The notes: a model not told the origin generated them from the letters alone. A DNA stretch of 64,000 bases from Octopus bimaculoides (GCF_001194135.2 NC_068983.1:149393208-149457207), one strand, 5' to 3'. Shown: positions 11,560 through 24,338, numbered from the stretch's first letter. Translations and numbers: made by a program.

Positions 11560-11710
11560 TAAGTATGGTCAGTTATGTCGACCCTAGTACTTAACTGATA
11601 TTTTATTCTATCAACCCTGGTGGGATGAAAGGCAAATTGCAAGATTTGAACTCAGAATGAAAAGAGCTGGAACACATACCAGAAGGTCTAGCACCAAACT
11701 ACGCCTTAGT
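11560..11710 (-). mobile_element. SINE family B copy
   Basis: GTCGACCCTAGTACTTAACTG...GGATGAAAGGCAAA...GATTTGAACTCAGAATG. Confidence 0.7.
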
Positions 11711-13615
11711 TTAATTTTCAATTAAAAAAAAAATATATTAATAATACTTTCTGTATTGGCACAGATTAGTAGTCGTATTTGATGAAAGATAAAAGTTTAT
11801 TTCTGTGCATGGTTTGGAGTCAGAAAATATCTCACAGTGGGCACAGTTATGAGTTATAAATGATTTGAAGTCAGGATACGAAGAGACGAAACTAAAATAG
11901 TGTATAATAATTGAGTGTGGCATTACCAATTCACTATCTCACAATATAATAATAATAATAATAATAAGGTACAGATTTTTTTTTCATAGTGAAGCAACCT
12001 CAGATCTTAGACATAACTCGACATTTTATACCCAATCCCACTTTCCAACTTCGTTTGCTTATAACTTTCTTGACAATCCTCTTTTTTAAGGAAATTTTGC
12101 AGATACGGTTTCGAGGATGTAGATCACAATAATGTTAGTGAATATTTTCAATCAGTTCATTTTTAGATTCTGAAAGAAAAAGAAATCTATACCCTTTTAA
12201 CTTATTCAATAACTTGCACGTCGTTGTTGCACAGCATAAAGTCATTGAAAAAAAAAAAAATTCCCGAATTTTCCAGTACAGCTGGAAAATATTCAAAGCA
12301 TTAAGGAACTAGTCAACTACAATACAGATCAAATATATTCTGGACGATACTCTATCATCTTATCTGAATGATATCATTATGATGTATGCACCATGAGCAA
12401 GTTAAAAAAGGTACGAACATCTTTTCTTTCTGACGCACCATCACTACTACGCAAAAGAAAATTAAATTGAAAGAAAGTTTTCTTTTCACCAGCATCCACG
12501 GAAAAGATATCTGCAAAAATTCATTAACTATACGCATTAGTAAGAAAGTTGAGGAAACAGAGTTGGTGGGAAGCATTAAACTGTAATTATGCCTAGTATT
12601 TATTTCATCAAGCGCTGAAGTTTGACTGGGTGGGTTGTAAAACCCAAAGATGTTAATAAATAACAATTATTATTGTTTTCCACACAAGCATGCGATGTGA
12701 TATATATATATATATATAAATGAGATAAAATGATAAGTTCTGTGAAGTGATCGAAACCAAATGATGGACTACTCGGTGATGGTTTGTTTAGTCTTCTGCT
12801 TACTCTATGAACATATTGAAGTGTTTTGATGGAGAAACGACTTGTTTTGATGGTCGTTGGCAGATGTGTCAGTGACTGGTCAGACAGACAGACATACAAA
12901 CAGCTAGGCGGACATGCAGGTTGGCTGGCGAGCTGGCTGCTCCTGCTCGTTCTGCAATTTCTAGTGACTGTTTATACATTTTAATATCTTTTACGGTTTT
13001 TTTTGTCTTCACATTTTCTTTAATTTGGGAGAGGTCTCCTCGGCAATCATGATGGCGGAATCTATTGGGTTATCCAGCTATGCAATAGAATTTGACACAG
13101 ATATTGACGGTTTTTATCAATTTTTTTCATTTTACATTTTTTTAAAAATAATTTCCTTTTAAACTTTACTTTCTTTTTCTTGCATGATCATCATTCCGAA
13201 CACTTTCGACTACGTCATCGCTACAATATTAACTTCGACGTGTTTTTATGTTCTTGGTGATAAAAATGGAGTTAACGACCCGGTTTCGATTTCCCAACTG
13301 GAGCCGCTTTATTCATGTTGCTAATGCTCGAAAGAAAGACATGAGCTTCGTAAATTTATATTTCTTCATATCTTGTAACTCTCAAGACTTGTGAAAAAAA
13401 AATCTACTGTCCCTGGAGAATGCACTTTATTTTACTTGTCTAGGCATCATAATGATCAAAATACTACTGTTACTTTCGTTATTATTTGTGTTCAAGTTAT
13501 GAATCATACTTTTTTTACATTTATATGATGAAAGTAATTTATTTTATTGTAAATTGCATTGCTACATAGTTAACAGAAGTATAGTGGTTACTATACACAC
13601 ACGAATGTATTGATA

Positions 13616-13618
<3 letters not shown>

Positions 13619-13687
<69 letters not shown>
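13619..13687. repeat. Perfect (TA)n microsatellite, about 34 units
   Basis: Read directly. Confidence 0.98.
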
Positions 13688-13693
<6 letters not shown>

Positions 13694-14261
13694 ATGTGTG
13701 TAATTATGTTTATAATTATATATATATATGTGCATTTGCTATGCACCTTAGAGATTATACTATACTGCTACGAAGTTGTTTATTCTTATGATGCTTCCGG
13801 CAAATATCAGCTGATTTCGATTTTCAATGTCTCGCATCTAGTAAAATATCTCCGTAAGATTTTTTGATTCAGTTTGGGAATACCGAAGCCATTTCTCTCT
13901 CTCTCTCTTCCGGTAGTGCACCTCCTAAGCACATGTTCGTTTATGTATTACACCCCTCTCACTACATTTATGTTTACATACACGTTTCGATTCAGCAAAT
14001 TTAGCAAGCCTCTGTAATCGTGATGTGTTTGTTTGTAACGAATCTTGTTTCGGTCATTAAGCTAAAGCTTTATTTTGTGTGTATGTGTTATTGATTTTTC
14101 CTCTTTCCTTTTTGGTTATTATATTAAACCTATGTTTATGGTTTTATACCTATTACATCCCGATTGTGATTTACATATTTAACAAGTATGGTTATAGAAA
14201 TCTATTAATATGCATGAAACAAATATAATATTTATGTGATGTAGACACCAGTATCTTTCAG

Positions 14262-14371
14262 TGAAAATGATGTACTCTTGTTGTAGTAAGCCGAGAGAAA
14301 TACTAAATCGATCTTTCTCTTTCATTGCACTCTCCAAACAACCTTGCATCATCGTGGAATGCGGATGATGT
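14262..14371 (+). other. Candidate non-coding (5' UTR) exon
   Basis: Acceptor gtatctttcag| and donor TGT|gtaagt. Contains a short ORF that stops before the donor. Confidence 0.3.
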
Positions 14372-14479
14372 GTAAGTTGAATGTTCGTTTGTACATAATA
14401 CTCGGACATTTTTTTTTTTCATTGGGATAACCCATTGATAAATTTATATTTTGTGAATTAACTGCTGCTGCAGAACTGG

Positions 14480-14480
<1 letters not shown>

Positions 14481-14532
<52 letters not shown>
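14481..14532. repeat. Perfect (TA)n microsatellite, about 26 units
   Basis: Read directly. Confidence 0.98.
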
Positions 14533-14534
<2 letters not shown>

Positions 14535-15542
14535 AATATACAAAAATATAGGCTATGTTGAAGAGAAAGTAGGCTACTTTCTAAAAGATGTCAGAAACGT
14601 CATGTCTGTCCCAACAGAAACTTAAAAAGTTATTGATTAGTTAAAACTTTATAACTGGGTGTAAACTCAAGTTCACTAATAACATAATATTATGTTCCTT
14701 TGTGAATCCTGCTCAAAGTTTTCAGTGCATTATAAACATATAGCGTATGTGTACACACAGGATGAAAGGGGAAACTAATCCCCTGACACGTTTGGCCAAT
14801 AATTTTTAATGGCTAATAAAAACCTATGAGTTATAAGCAGTAAATAATATTGTCACTTTCTTTACATTAGGGCTGGAAAATTGTCTCATTATAATGATTT
14901 CCTTGCGATTGAAAGAAATGCTAACCAATTCAAAGAATATAAAGAACAAATAATGAACCGACTGTTTCATTACCAATTGATTTTAGGACTACTCCTTTAA
15001 TTAGATACTATTCAAATTTCATTTTCTGTGATAATTAAAAATAGTAATGTTTAAATATGTACAGTGGGCAGATGTGTGTTCTACTCTAGCTTCAGGTGAC
15101 CATTACTTTGTGAGTAGAATTTGGTAAAAATTTCACACATATACATAATGTAAGTGTATCTGTATCTTTTTATGTTGTATCCCACTATGTTCTCTAACTT
15201 AAAAGTTTTGTAAATAGAAATCTATAAAATAAGTACTTGACTGAAACAGTTCTGACGTTGATATGATCACCTAAACACCATGAATATGATGCCCTAGCAC
15301 AGGTCCAGTGGTTGAAACCAGTAAAAGGATATGTATACATGTTCACATACATTGCAATATTCATAATATGTGAGTCGAAATCATTGTCATTTGCTTTATT
15401 GATTCAGCACAACATATACATGAACTCGAATCAATCACACTTATTGATGCAAGCATTATCATCTAGCAATAAAATAAAATGAAAACCTTACGAAGCATAA
15501 CATCAATCCACAAGTTAATGAGGGTGCCTCAATGCAGTCAGT

Positions 15543-15735
15543 CAACCTGCCAGAAATAACTACCAAATCTCCTTCAAAACAACTATACTGTTTTATGAAA
15601 GTAAGGATACATTAGATTATGTATTAGTCATAGATACACAAAGCCTGACTAACAGAAAAGATAGCATGGTTACCATTGGAACACGTTTTGATTGTGTGTT
15701 TGCTTGATCAGAGCTGACCTGTCATTAAATATCAA
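15543..15735 (+). mobile_element. Repeat family C copy
   Basis: CAACCTGCCAGAAATAACTACCAAATCTCCTTCAAA...TTGCTTGATCAGAGCTGACCTG. Confidence 0.7.
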
Positions 15736-16134
15736 TGAGGAATATCAATCCAACACATGTAAACACAGGGCTAGGGTGAATAAAAATTCTGGATATTTAA
15801 TTGCTAATTAAAATTGTAATATCACACTTCTTTGCTGCAGATCATTCCCATTGAAAAAGAATTCTTGCTTAAGAGAATTTCACCAGTTAAATCATACTTT
15901 ATGTAATCTTAATTTCATTGTGTCATGGTGAGGCATAATGAGCTTAGATGTGTGAGACAATGTCCAGATGAGCCTGTGTGTCAACAGTGTCTAAAATGAT
16001 GTAGCTGTACTTGTCTTCAGAGGAGAAAAAGTATTCATAGACAAGTATTACTAAATATTATGCTGGCTAACCAATCTTATTGTGTGTGTGTGTGTGTGTA
16101 ATCCAAGTCTCAATGGTTTCGTCCTCATTTGTCA

Positions 16135-16315
16135 TCAGCTTACAAAAAACGAATATACTACTTGGTGACAAATAGACTGAACCTTTCCATTTTAACCTCA
16201 GATAAACTGATTGAGTAGATCTATCATTAACAGCCTTCCAACTATAGCCATCATATCTTTTTAGAAGTGTATTGGGCTACATTATCCATTGTATCCTTTT
16301 TTTTCTTCCCCTAAG
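16135..16315 (-). mobile_element. Repeat family C copy, inverted
   Basis: CTATCATTAACAGCCTTCCAACTATAGCCATC...CATTATCCATTGTATCC is the reverse-complement homologue of family C. Confidence 0.6.
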
Positions 16316-16369
16316 GTAGTACGATGTGAATTAAAGATGATTTGACTACTATTTCTATCAGGTTTAACA

Positions 16370-17018
16370 ACCACGTGATGTGTATGGACGAGAACAGCTG
16401 TGTAAAGAGTGCCGATCTCTAACTGTGGGGGGAACCTGTGGTAGAGGTAGACTCAAGAAGACGTGGGAGGAGGTGGTGAAGCATGAATTTCAAACTTTGG
16501 ACCTCACAGAGGCAATGACTAGTGACCAAGATCATTTACGAAATGCTGTGCTTCAGAAGACCAGTTTAGCCAAGTGAAATCGTAGTTGTGGCCGATGCTG
16601 GTGTCACATAACTGGTACCCATGCTAGTAGTACATAAAGAGCACCTTTCAAGCTTTGAGCCTCACAGAGACAAGGTGGCTAATGCTGGTGGCACATGAAA
16701 AGCTCCTTTCAAATGTTGGGTCTCACAGAGGCAATGACCTAGACCTTTGGCATTATGTTGTCCTTGAGAAGAAGACCCATCAAGTCAAGTAAAATCACAG
16801 TTGTGACAGATACCATGTCATGTAAATGGCACCCATGCCAGTGGCACGTAAAAGCACCCATTACACTCTCGGAATGGTTGGCATTAGAAAGGGCATCCAG
16901 CCGTAGAAACCATTTCAAATGAGACTGGAGTCTGGTGCAGCCTTCCAGCTTGCCAGCCCTGGTCAAACCGTCCAACCCATGCCAGCATGGACAACGGATG
17001 CTAAATGATGATGATGAT
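16370..17018 (+). mobile_element. RTE LINE, ORF2 C-terminus plus 3' UTR, 5'-truncated
   Basis: HVMCMDENSCVKECRSLTVGGTCGRGRLKKTWEEVVKHEFQTLDLTEAMTSDQD...KTSLAK* matches the RTE C-terminal signature WYGHV.RM...GRP.KTW. Ends CCCATGCCAGCATGG...(GAT)n. Confidence 0.9.
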
Positions 17019-17115
17019 AGATTAAATAGTAAGTTATTTGTTAGGGTTCACTGAGGCTCAGTATATATCTTCAAACCCACATTTTTAAACTCTATTGTTA
17101 AAGCAGTTCATTACT

Positions 17116-17494
17116 GACTGAGACCTTTGGAAATGTGCTGTGCGTGAGAAGACCCGGCAAGCCAAGTAAGATCGTTGCCAGTGCCCCTGGACTGGTTCTT
17201 GTGCGGGTGGCACATGAGATGCACCATTTTGAGCGTGGCCGTTGCCAGTGCCCCTGGACTGGCTTGTGCGGGTGGCACATAAAAGACACCATTTCGAGCG
17301 TGGCCGTTTTCGTGCGGGTGACACGTAAAAGCACCCACTACACTCTCTGAGTGGTTGGCGTTAGGAAGGGCATCCAGCTGTAGAAACTCTGCCAAATTAG
17401 ACTGGAGCCTGGTGTTGCCATCCGGTTTCACCAGTCCTCAGTCAAATCGTCCAACCCATGCTAGCATGGAAGGCGGACGTTAAACGATGATGAT
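17116..17494 (+). mobile_element. Young RTE LINE, last ORF2 codons plus arrayed 3' UTR
   Basis: DLWKCAVREKTRQAK*, followed by repeated GTTGCCAGTGCCCCTGGACTGG...GTGCGGGTGGCACA units and the terminal module. Confidence 0.9.
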
Positions 17495-17721
17495 TACAGA
17501 TGTCCATAAAAGTGAGTTACAAAATAGCAATAGTGGGTGCACAAATGATGCAGTATACTTGTACACTGATTTGGAACCAAAATATAAATTGTATAATAAA
17601 TAGTGCAATCATCTGAAAATTGAAAATTGAATTTGATGAATTTATTTACTTAAAGAAGTAATTAAGTAACAAAAAAAATGCTGTTAGCACTGCAATGAGG
17701 AGAGAATAGCATAATTTCTAG

Positions 17722-17769
17722 AATCTGAAATGACTGGAATGAGATTCGGGAACTGCTGGTTGTTGACAA
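17722..17769 (+). other. Candidate 48-nt symmetric (phase 1-1) exon, (E)SEMTGMRFGNCWLLT
   Basis: Acceptor ataatttctag| and donor AA|gtatgt, one open frame. Weak polypyrimidine tract. Confidence 0.2.
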
Positions 17770-18844
17770 GTATGTGTGATACTGTGTGCCAGTGAAACTT
17801 GAGCTGTGAAGTCAAAAGACATGCAGGAGTGAAAAGAAATGAGTTAAATCATTGTGCAATGCAAACTTGATATCAATTTAGCACAGATTTTGAGGGAGTG
17901 CCTACATACCCCAAGTATTAACCCATGTTTTTAAAAGTAATGATGAAAATGGTATGGAAATGTAATGGGTATGAACAATATATCTAGAAGAAGAGTATAC
18001 AAAGTGAGATAGAGCTAAAGATTAATAGTCAAGTCCTCTAGATTGAAATGCACAGGCAAAGAATGTGCTCACAAATTAAGCTTCATATCTAGATAAAGAA
18101 AGTAATGGTAAACTGTTGCATTGTATCCATTACTGAAAAATTCTATCAATGTTTCACTCAGAGAATAGACTCAATGATTAAGTTAAGCCTTATTCAACTT
18201 ACTTGCTGTATATATGACTGAGCTTCTATTGCTAGTTATTCAAATAGACTTCTTTTGTTCACTGTCCATGTGTTCATACCAAATTCTGAAGCTTAATAAA
18301 AATTGATATGACAAGAATATCAGTGTGCTAAAACTAAACCTATATAGAATTAAGTTATTCTTTCATGAACTAAAAGAACTCATAAGACCAGTTCTTATTC
18401 TGTTTTTTTTTTTTTTCTATTGTAATGTTAAGACAACTTCAACCTTCATTCTGTATAGTAGTAAGATATTGCTAGTTAATTTCTGTAAATTGTAAAATCT
18501 TTTCAGATCGTTGCAGTAAAATATAATTACAAAACTTATACAACATATGAAAACAAAAATCCTAACTGCAGGATACAAATTCATCATGCAAGTTTTAGGA
18601 ATTTGTTGCTGTTCATACTCAAGTTTTCATATTTACAATTTCTGTTTCTGGAGTTTCATAAGAAATCAGTTGACTTAAGTTGGTTTTGTCAAATGTAAAC
18701 TGACAGTGGTCAGGTAGAAACAAAGATCTGATGAATATTTGTCAACACTTCTGTATGACAAATGTATAAAATGGGAATTATAAGATGACATACAATAAAA
18801 AAGAAAAGAAATCATGACTAGATGGCTATTGGAATACATGTTTT

Positions 18845-21440
18845 ATGTTGGGTTGAGCAGTTTGACAGGAACTAATGGGTTCAAAGACTGCTTTGTATCC
18901 CACAATCTACTTTAGCATGGTTTCTACAGTTGGATACCCTTCCTAACATCAACCACTTTACAGCATTTACTGGGTGCTTTTTTCATTCCACTAACACTAG
19001 TGAGATTGTCATGTAGCTTGCAAGACTATGAACCCAGACAGAGAAAGAGGCGGATTTATGCTAGAAGTATGAGATAAGGAGCCAGAGCAGAAATGATTTC
19101 TTGCTGTAGAGGGATTAAATGGCTACTCACTATTTAGAAGAGAAATGGGTGATTGAAGTGGGGGTGAGAAAGAGATAAAAATAGTGATGATAAGGAGTTT
19201 GTGTTGACCCTCAAGCTATGAGGTGAGTAGAAGTGAATGGAGGTAAAAGAGCCAGGAATGTGGGTTGATAGCAAGAATGTATGGGAGTGTGAGAGATAGG
19301 GAATGAGTGAGGCAACAAATATAACGAATGAAGAACTAGTGTTGAGTGGATGCTGAGTTAAAGAGGCAGGGAAGAGTAGGCAACAACTTTAGAGGTTTGA
19401 TATGGCTGAAGGGCGGATGTAGTGAATGGTGGGTAAGGAGTGAAGTGTGGCAGAAAAATAATGCTGATACACTGTAGACAGGGGAAAGATGAGAGATGAT
19501 GAGTGGTTGGCTAAGTTGTAAGGGTGTGGGGATGAGAGAAAGAGGCAGGTATAATGCATGGAGGGAGTGAAAAACATGGTGGCAGAATAGTGAATGTAGT
19601 GGGGGGGGGAGCAATATAAAATGTAGGTGGAGAGGACAGTATTAGGGATAAGGGATGAATATCAAGGGAAATGGTTCTGAGTAGTGAGAAGGGTTTAATG
19701 GTATTGAGGAAATGCTGCAGTTAGAGAGATAATGGGGATAAAATTGAGCAAATGGCTCACTTGTGCATATATGTACATATGCACACACACACAGCTCTTC
19801 TAGAACTTAGTTTCACTGAGTTGGACAGGTCTTCTCAAGAACTATTTATCATCAGCCATCCAAATCCTTTGCTATCTCCTCCGTGAGGTTCAAGATCCTG
19901 AGATTAGCCTTCACCAATTTGTCTCATGTCTTCTTGGGTCTCTCTCTCTCTCTCTCTCTCTTCTACAAACTCCGTCCACATTGAGATCAATACTTCTTTA
20001 TATAGTTATTGTCAGCCATATGAACCACATGTCCATACCAGTGCAGTCCTTTTCTGGCATACTACATTTGATTCCTGTTATGCCCAGTTTTTCTTTCGGC
20101 ACATTTGTACTATATTGTTCATGCACACTTACATTGTACATCCAATGGAATATACTCACTTCTTGTCTTTCCAATCTTCTCAAATCCTCTGCATTCAAGG
20201 CATATGTCACACTACAATGCAGCATTACAGTTCAAACATAAGTGTTTTACAATCTGTTCTTCACTCTGAGGGAAAAGACCTTTATTACCAGCTGTGGTAA
20301 AAGCTCCCTGAACTTATTTCAGCCTGTTCTTACCCTTGCTACTATACTTTTGGAGCAACCATCTCCCCTGTTAATTATGTCTCCTGGGTAACCAAAGTTA
20401 TTGATTTCTTCTCGCATGTCATTCAGGTATTCAAGAGAATCTATTTCCAGTGTGCTCATAATATGTATTGCTCCAGTGGATGACACATAAGTTTACTTTC
20501 TCTGTTAGCCTGTAATTCTACTACACCTCTCATGTATCCTTAGCTTACATTGGGTACAGCTTTTGGAGTTTATACCTACTTCTTTCCTGCTTATCAAGCA
20601 AGACCATTTCCCAGAAGATATCAAGGTCCTGTCGTCTTTCCTACTTAGTCTTTACTAAGTTTATTTGGAAACCTCTTGCATCAAGGTTTGTCTTCCATGC
20701 CTAAAATTTCCTCTCTTATTCCACTATAAATTTATCTTTGAGAGCTTAAATCATCAATATATAGGAGCTCTCGTGGCCAATCTCACTCTGTGATGGCCTG
20801 CCAGACTATGATGAATAGGAGAGGACTGAACTTTGATGAACTACCTTCTCAGTAAATTTGTCACTGAAATTGTTGCTGATTCTCACTTTACTTTCTGCAT
20901 CTTTGTATACAGTTTGCACAGCCACCACAAGTTATTTGTCTATACCTAGCTTCCTCAGTGACCACCAAATTACTGAATGTGGTCCCCTGTCAAATGCCTT
21001 CGCCAAAGCAATGAAAGCCAGAAATAGTGGTTTATTCTTAACCGAGTATTTCTCCTGCAGCTGCCTCACTAGGAAGATTGCATCTATGGTACCTCTTTTG
21101 GGCATGAAGCCAAACTACATCTCATTTAGGTCTACTCTGTCTCAGACTATGACTCTCTGTGACCATCATAATCTGATCCATTTGTTTGATTCCTTTGAGT
21201 ATGCCTTCATTCCAAGTACACTTATTGCCAATGGCATTGTGGTGCTCCTTTACACATTGTTTCACAATCCTGAACACTTCATGTTTCTGATCCTCAGATT
21301 GTTGGACATATGCAAATTTCTTCCTTCATGTGCAATTATTTTTTTCTTTTCTTTTTTTTTCTGTAAATCTCTACATAGCGTACCATATGTGGCTTATATT
21401 TGGCTAAATTGATGAAACATCAACCAAAGTGTGCATTCCA
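18845..21440 (-). mobile_element. Old RTE LINE relic (about 2.6 kb): RT and C-terminal ORF2, long pyrimidine-rich 3' UTR, terminal module
   Basis: Minus-strand motifs LNEM*FGFMP (about 21100), LAFIALAKAFDR (about 21000), VTYALNAEDLRRLERQEVSIFHWMYNVSVH and LHWYGHVV. The roughly 950-nt C/T-rich UTR ends in the diverged terminal module at 18990-18845. Confidence 0.85.
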
Positions 21441-22879
21441 TACTTGTGTGTTCGTGGCCAGTGCAATTACTTCTCAACATGACTTTGTCAAACCTTTTGT
21501 GAAATAAGTACCAAGTTTGGTATCAACTTACAGACTGTAAACAGCAAGAGCTCTGTATAACTAACAAGTATTTCTTTATCTTACTGTGTGAAATTTTTGA
21601 GTGTTGGTTGGAGAGGTATGAATGAACTTTGCCTCACTGACTTGCCCTAGATACACTATACTGAATACAAAGTCTTCAAGAGCAGCCCTTATGACTCAGT
21701 GGGGCTATTAGACTCCTATTACTTATTGTCATTTGATACAATGATTTAACAGGTATTCGCTCCTTTAAATGAGTAATTTCCATTTACAATCTTTATTTAT
21801 GGAATTGGCATTGATAAAAATAACTAAAATGAGTGCTAGCTATGATTCAGTTCTCATTGTAAGTTATCTATAATTATGACCCAATTATGTAGGTGCTTAT
21901 TTTCAACAGCTTGGCTGTAATTAATCATATTCACTCAGCAACAGTTAATTTTCATGATTTTGTTGTTTTTCTTTTCACTGGAATCTGTCATCATTTCAAA
22001 AAGATTACCACCATTGGCTTGGGACATTTCAACCTAAATATACAAGAACTGTTAATATAAATGCTGTTGTTATTTAAGATGAGGAATATGCATAAGTTTA
22101 TGCAACAGTCTACTTATGGGTAAATTCCTCTTAACCTTATTTAACTTTTACTGGCTGACCATACTGTTTTTGGATTTATTTATATATCTCATTACAAATA
22201 GTTAAACAAATATGAAACTCCAAATTAATTAATGTTTCAAATAAGAGTTGCTTAACACTTGAAATGTTGTTCTTCAGTTCTAGAGAATGTCAGATTTCAT
22301 TGGTCCCATCACATTTGTTGCTGCATATATTATCTTCATTGCTTTTGTTACTTCCATTATTGTCATTGTCATTTTATATACCTAATTTGTTTTCTTTTCT
22401 ATTATTGAAAGTTTTTTTATGTTACGGGTTCTTCATATTTTTCAAATCAAGTGACATTTGCTCTAAGAATATTATTTTCTGAGATTAACATTGCCTTACT
22501 GAGTTTGTGTGTCACAACCAAACACTTGGTTGCTTCATTCTTCTGTGTTAAAGAACAGTATTCAGTGAGCTGACTGAGACAAAACTGGAATAACGCTGTG
22601 GTCCTGTGTTAGTTACCATTAACAAACTGTGGCACATCGAAGTGAGATGGTCAAATGGATTAGGTATTGGATTACCAGTTCATTTTGTTTTGTTGCTGGG
22701 TAGATTTTATTTTTGTCAGTTTACTTACATATCAGAAATAAGTACCAGATTTTTTAATAAAAGATCAATATCACTAATCACATATTTATACATACTTAAG
22801 ATAATATAAGTTGAAGTAATTGACTAATTATTGCACCAGTAGATTGAATAAATAAATATTCTTGCCGGTAGTATGTGGA

Positions 22880-23188
22880 AAACACCATTCGAGCGAGGGT
22901 GTTGCCAGTGCCGCTGGACTGGCTCCTGTGCAGGTGACACGTAAAAACACCATTTGAGCATGGCCGTTGCCAGTACTGCCTGACTGGCCCTCGTGCCGGT
23001 GGCATGTAAAAGCACCCACTACACTCTCGGAGTGGTTGACGTTAGGAAGGGCATCCAGCTGTAGAAACTCTGCCAGATCAGATTGGAGCCTGGTGCAGCC
23101 ATCTGGCTCACCAGTCCCAGTCAAACCGTCAAACCCATGCCAGCATGGAAAGCAGACATTAAACGATGATGATGATGATGATGATGAT
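22880..23188 (+). mobile_element. RTE 3' UTR copy
   Basis: Array units followed by GCATGTAAAAGCACCCACTACACTCTCGG...CCCATGCCAGCATGGAAAGCAGACATTAAACG(ATG)n. Confidence 0.9.
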
Positions 23189-23254
23189 AACTTCTGATAT
23201 ACTGTTAAATGTTGTTCTAGTTATCATTTACCATTAGCTCAGCTCCGATTGAGA

Positions 23255-24045
23255 AAAGCTTGGACCAAAGGTATTCTAGCTGTGACTATCTTTTAACATA
23301 TTAAAATGTCACTGATGAATGTCTTTTTCTTTTTTAAGACATTAGGGTATGGTATGAAAAAATCTACTGCTGTTTCTACCAAGTTGGGCAGCCATTTAGT
23401 GATTCCCTCATTGGTTTGTAATTTTAGTGATTGATCAGATGCCAGTGGCATGGAAGTAGCTCATAAAACCTTTGAAAACAATCCAAAACTCACCACATTG
23501 GCTTTACTACTCTTCTGTCTCATCTGGGCTTATGTTGTCCACACTGTTTCATTAGATGATATGAATTGTTAGCAGTTAATGTTATACAGTGTGGTCAGTA
23601 AACACTAGTGCTCCATTGATACTTGCATAGTTGTATTATAGGTGTACTCTATAGAGGGTGTGCTCTGGTAGTGATGTTACAATCAGTACCAGAGCACACC
23701 TTTTGATAGAAATTCCAAATTGTTTCTTAAGTTTTCTGTAAACTAAATTTACAATAACATTCCATTTTGTTTTTATCATGTAGTTTATTGGGTTTATCTT
23801 TTAGAGATAAACTTAAATGCAGAAACCTTTTCTGACACAATAAAGGAAGTCTCTAAGCTGTTAATCAACCCACTGGAGGTAGCAGCTAAATCTTTGAGAT
23901 ACCGGATACTGCTGTCTTAAAAGAAAAGTACTTATTGTATAATTTAATCTTGGATATAGAAAAAAAATCCTGGATGGTTATATTTGGGACATCTTTGATC
24001 ATAGGTCTGCTTGATTAAAGCCAACCTGAAGCTAAATAAACAACT
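23255..24045. mobile_element. Two repeat family C copies in opposite orientations (about 23255-23385 minus, 23870-24045 plus)
   Basis: GGACCAAAGGTATTCTAGCTGTGACTATC (inverted) and GGTAGCAGCTAAATCTTT...CTTTGATCATAGGTCTGCTTGATTAAAGCCAACCTG. Confidence 0.6.
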
Positions 24046-24338
24046 AGCCTTTTCTTTATGGTTGCAGACATTATTTGCCTTTTAATAGAGTTGAATGACA
24101 AGAAGGATTTGTTTAGCTATATATGACTAATGTTACTTATATCCTGAAGTCTTTGTTTTAAGTACATTCACAGGGTTCGAATGTCAAAACATTTTATTTA
24201 TTTTACAAATATGCTTCCAAACCTTCATAACTGATATTTTTTAAGAGGGGAAAAAAAACTTAAATAAATACTGAGATTGGAATGATTTACACATACTGAA
24301 ATATTGCAATGAAAAGTAATATTAAAATAAAAAAATTA

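Larger units (their letters stand above)
11990..14420. promoter_or_regulatory. CpG-retaining, promoter-like region, possibly bidirectional
   Basis: CpG is visibly more frequent here than in the rest of the non-repeat sequence. Features include a GC-rich leader-like stretch at 12900-12960, YY1-like ATGGCGG at about 13053, a CRE half-site TACGTCA at about 13217, and candidate donors on both strands (minus 12803; plus 13350, 13854, 14372). Confidence 0.5.

Noticed and set aside
12266-12294. Small palindrome TTTTCCAG-TACAG-CTGGAAAA
   Set aside because: An 8-bp arm is not unusual in 64 kb of AT-rich DNA; no independent support.
17160-17330. Repeat-spacer-like units resembling a CRISPR array
   Set aside because: Eukaryotic context, no cas genes and no unique spacers. 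The units are internal duplications of a LINE 3' UTR.
20858-21412. 184-aa plus-strand ORF with a signal-peptide-like start (MSLKLLLILTLLSASLYTVCTA)
   Set aside because: It is the antisense of the decayed RTE RT domain on the minus strand.
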